A DNA stretch of 63,636 nucleotides, the filler included, from Licmophora abbreviata (taxonomy: Eukaryota), in assembly GCA_900291995.1 (NCBI GenBank). It is 15 parts of 15 records of this genome, joined end to end, with 100 filler letters (N's around TTAATTAATTAA, not from the genome) between each part and the next. Parts side by side here need not be neighbours in the genome. Positions count along the whole stretch, not along the records: positions 61,815 to 63,636 come from OLMU01002603.1; 14 more parts are not named here. One strand, given 5' to 3'. The translations under genes were made by a program, and so were the position numbers. Below, one piece after another: positions 62,081 to 63,636 of the stretch; position 1 is the stretch's first letter; each line of letters opens with the position of its first letter. The notes below the pieces were generated by a model. That model saw only the letters and a program-made list of their open reading frames with translations. It was not told where the DNA came from and made no database searches.

Positions 62081-62780
62081 TTGAGATGGTATTCGTTGGC
62101 CCGGTTGCGTCGATGTACAATGGACTTTGTTCGGTGCGAGCCAGAGCGTTCGTTTATGAGTGATAATCTGATAATCTAGGTTGGGTTACATGTTACGTCC
62201 CACAGGCATGGATGTTGCTACCTGAAGAAATCCTCCATGCGAAAGGATGGGGCGCAAGAGCCACGAGCGAGGATTCGCCCCATCTAAAAGTAGTAGACGG
62301 GAGCGCTGGTGATGATGCAATTAACAGGCTTAGCTTCGCGGATTAAAATGATGTCGACCGTTGTCAGATGAGATGGCTGCATGCGGTCAAGGTGCCTTCT
62401 CATCATACATTGTAGGCGCCACACATAAATCACTGTCTTTGTGAAACCTATTCATCCGCGCGACTTGTCGACGCCTCTTTGTGCGCGCGGCGTGATGACG
62501 TGACGATCACACATCAGAACAATTGAACATCAGCAACACACATCATCATGTCAATCGCATACGGAGACATACATCGACGATCGACGACGTGGAACAGAAG
62601 CCTCGACCTCAACATACAGCAATCCTAAAAGCTCCAAAGCGCCACAGTGCTGTAACCTTTGGTGTTGTTAAACGCGATCTCATTATCTCTCCGAAATCGG
62701 CGACGTCGCTCACTCGCAGTCTGGCTGCAAAGTAGTTTTAAGTTTTCCCGCGCCATCAGCCACTCGTCCTGCCCCTGGAA

Positions 62781-63230
62781 ATGAAGGCCTTCGCATTATT
62801 AGTCGCTCTCATAACTGCTCTCTTAACGAGGTCGACGGATGCGTTTGCTCCTCCATCGTCAAGGATTGAGGGAATTGTTCAGCAAAACAGAGTTTTCTGT
62901 AGGAATCAGAAAGCTTTCTTTCGAGGCCAGAGTGTTCCTGCTTCCTTGCGTCGACAAAGAAGATCTGTCGCTCCCATCCAGACAATGGGCCTGTTCGGCC
63001 TCGGTGCACCTGAAATAATCGTGATTCTAATTGCGGCCGTGTTTTTCGTTGGACCGCAAGCGCTCGGTGAAATGGCAAAGAGTTCCGGAAAGATGGCAAG
63101 TGGACTAAGTGATGAAATCAAATCAATCCCTGAAGAGTTTCAGAAGGGTGTGGAAGAGGGCGAAATAGAAGCTCGCTCTCGAAAAGCAAAGAAGATCAAG
63201 CCGCTGGGGCCAGACGAAGACAAGGATTGA
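62781..63230 (+). CDS. Second plastid-targeted TatA/B-family subunit with bipartite presequence
   Basis: Signal peptide MKAFALLVALITALLTRSTDA|FAP (ASAFAP-type), transit peptide, then QTMGLFGLGAPEII...FVGP...EFQKG. Confidence 0.88.
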   Translation: MKAFALLVALITALLTRSTDAFAPPSSRIEGIVQQNRVFCRNQKAFFRGQSVPASLRRQRRSVAPIQTMGLFGLGAPEIIVILIAAVFFVGPQALGEMAKSSGKMASGLSDEIKSIPEEFQKGVEEGEIEARSRKAKKIKPLGPDEDKD

Positions 63231-63636
63231 TCCAGGTTTCGCACAGGAAGTTCGACCAAGGGCAAAACTCCGAAGCCCGGATACGAGTGACCATATGCCT
63301 AATTCGATTACAGTAGGCCTCGTATGTAGACAGCCGCGTATCACTGTGATCTTATCTCAAGGCTCTATAGTATGAGTTTGATGCTGTTTGATCTGCCCCT
63401 TCAGCATTCTAATAGGGTCTGTCCAGTCAAAGTCCAGACAGCAGGTAGGCATCCACCGTAGATTGCGTCGGGAGGTGAAAGCTTCCGATCAATGGCGGGT
63501 CCGGCATTGTAGCACCGGGAGAATGGTAGGAAAGAAGATTCAATATTGAATATGCAACCACCTTCCAAGTTATCGTACGTCCAAGTAAATCCAGTACCCG
63601 GTGTTTCGGCGACAACGACTCTCCAACTGTCAGGGC

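Noticed and set aside
1..63636. Alternative genetic code, operons, tRNA/rRNA or intact transposons
   Set aside because: Conserved genes translate with the standard code once introns are removed. I recognised no RT, integrase, transposase, terminal repeats or structural RNA genes.

Overview
This is eukaryotic nuclear DNA, most likely from a diatom or related ochrophyte. The evidence is short spliceosomal introns, dense gene packing, a bipartite plastid-targeting presequence with an ASAFAP-type motif (TDA|FAP), and stramenopile-type gene families. The window is a draft scaffold of 15 contigs joined by 14 artificial 100-bp linkers (44 N + TTAATTAATTAA + 44 N). At least two joins are really overlaps. 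Most apparent frameshifts sit in homopolymer runs and look like sequencing errors; one duplicated overlap shows this directly. About 27 protein genes can be supported: an alpha/beta-hydrolase, a Tudor-like fragment, a class IV aminotransferase, AAR2, a RING E3 ligase, an ADA3-like protein, an Hrq1-type helicase, two tandem LRR receptor-like proteins, PRMT7, inositol 2-dehydrogenase, cohesin STAG/Scc3, DDX51, ATG6, a PPR protein, MscS, a Myb-like protein, PECT1, a cytochrome b5-like protein, a HAD hydrolase, a ShKT protein, an IQ-repeat rod protein, ASPM, CPAP/SAS-4, an unknown protein and two tandem TatA/B subunits. I saw no rRNA, tRNA, CRISPR array or intact mobile element. The best candidate for an undescribed system is a spindle-pole gene cluster at about 44.6-59.1 kb: ASPM head-to-head with a CPAP/SAS-4 (Tcp10) gene, next to a long IQ-rod protein that has SxF(D/E)RL(Y/H) repeats instead of CH domains. 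Family calls come from motif recognition by eye, not from database searches.
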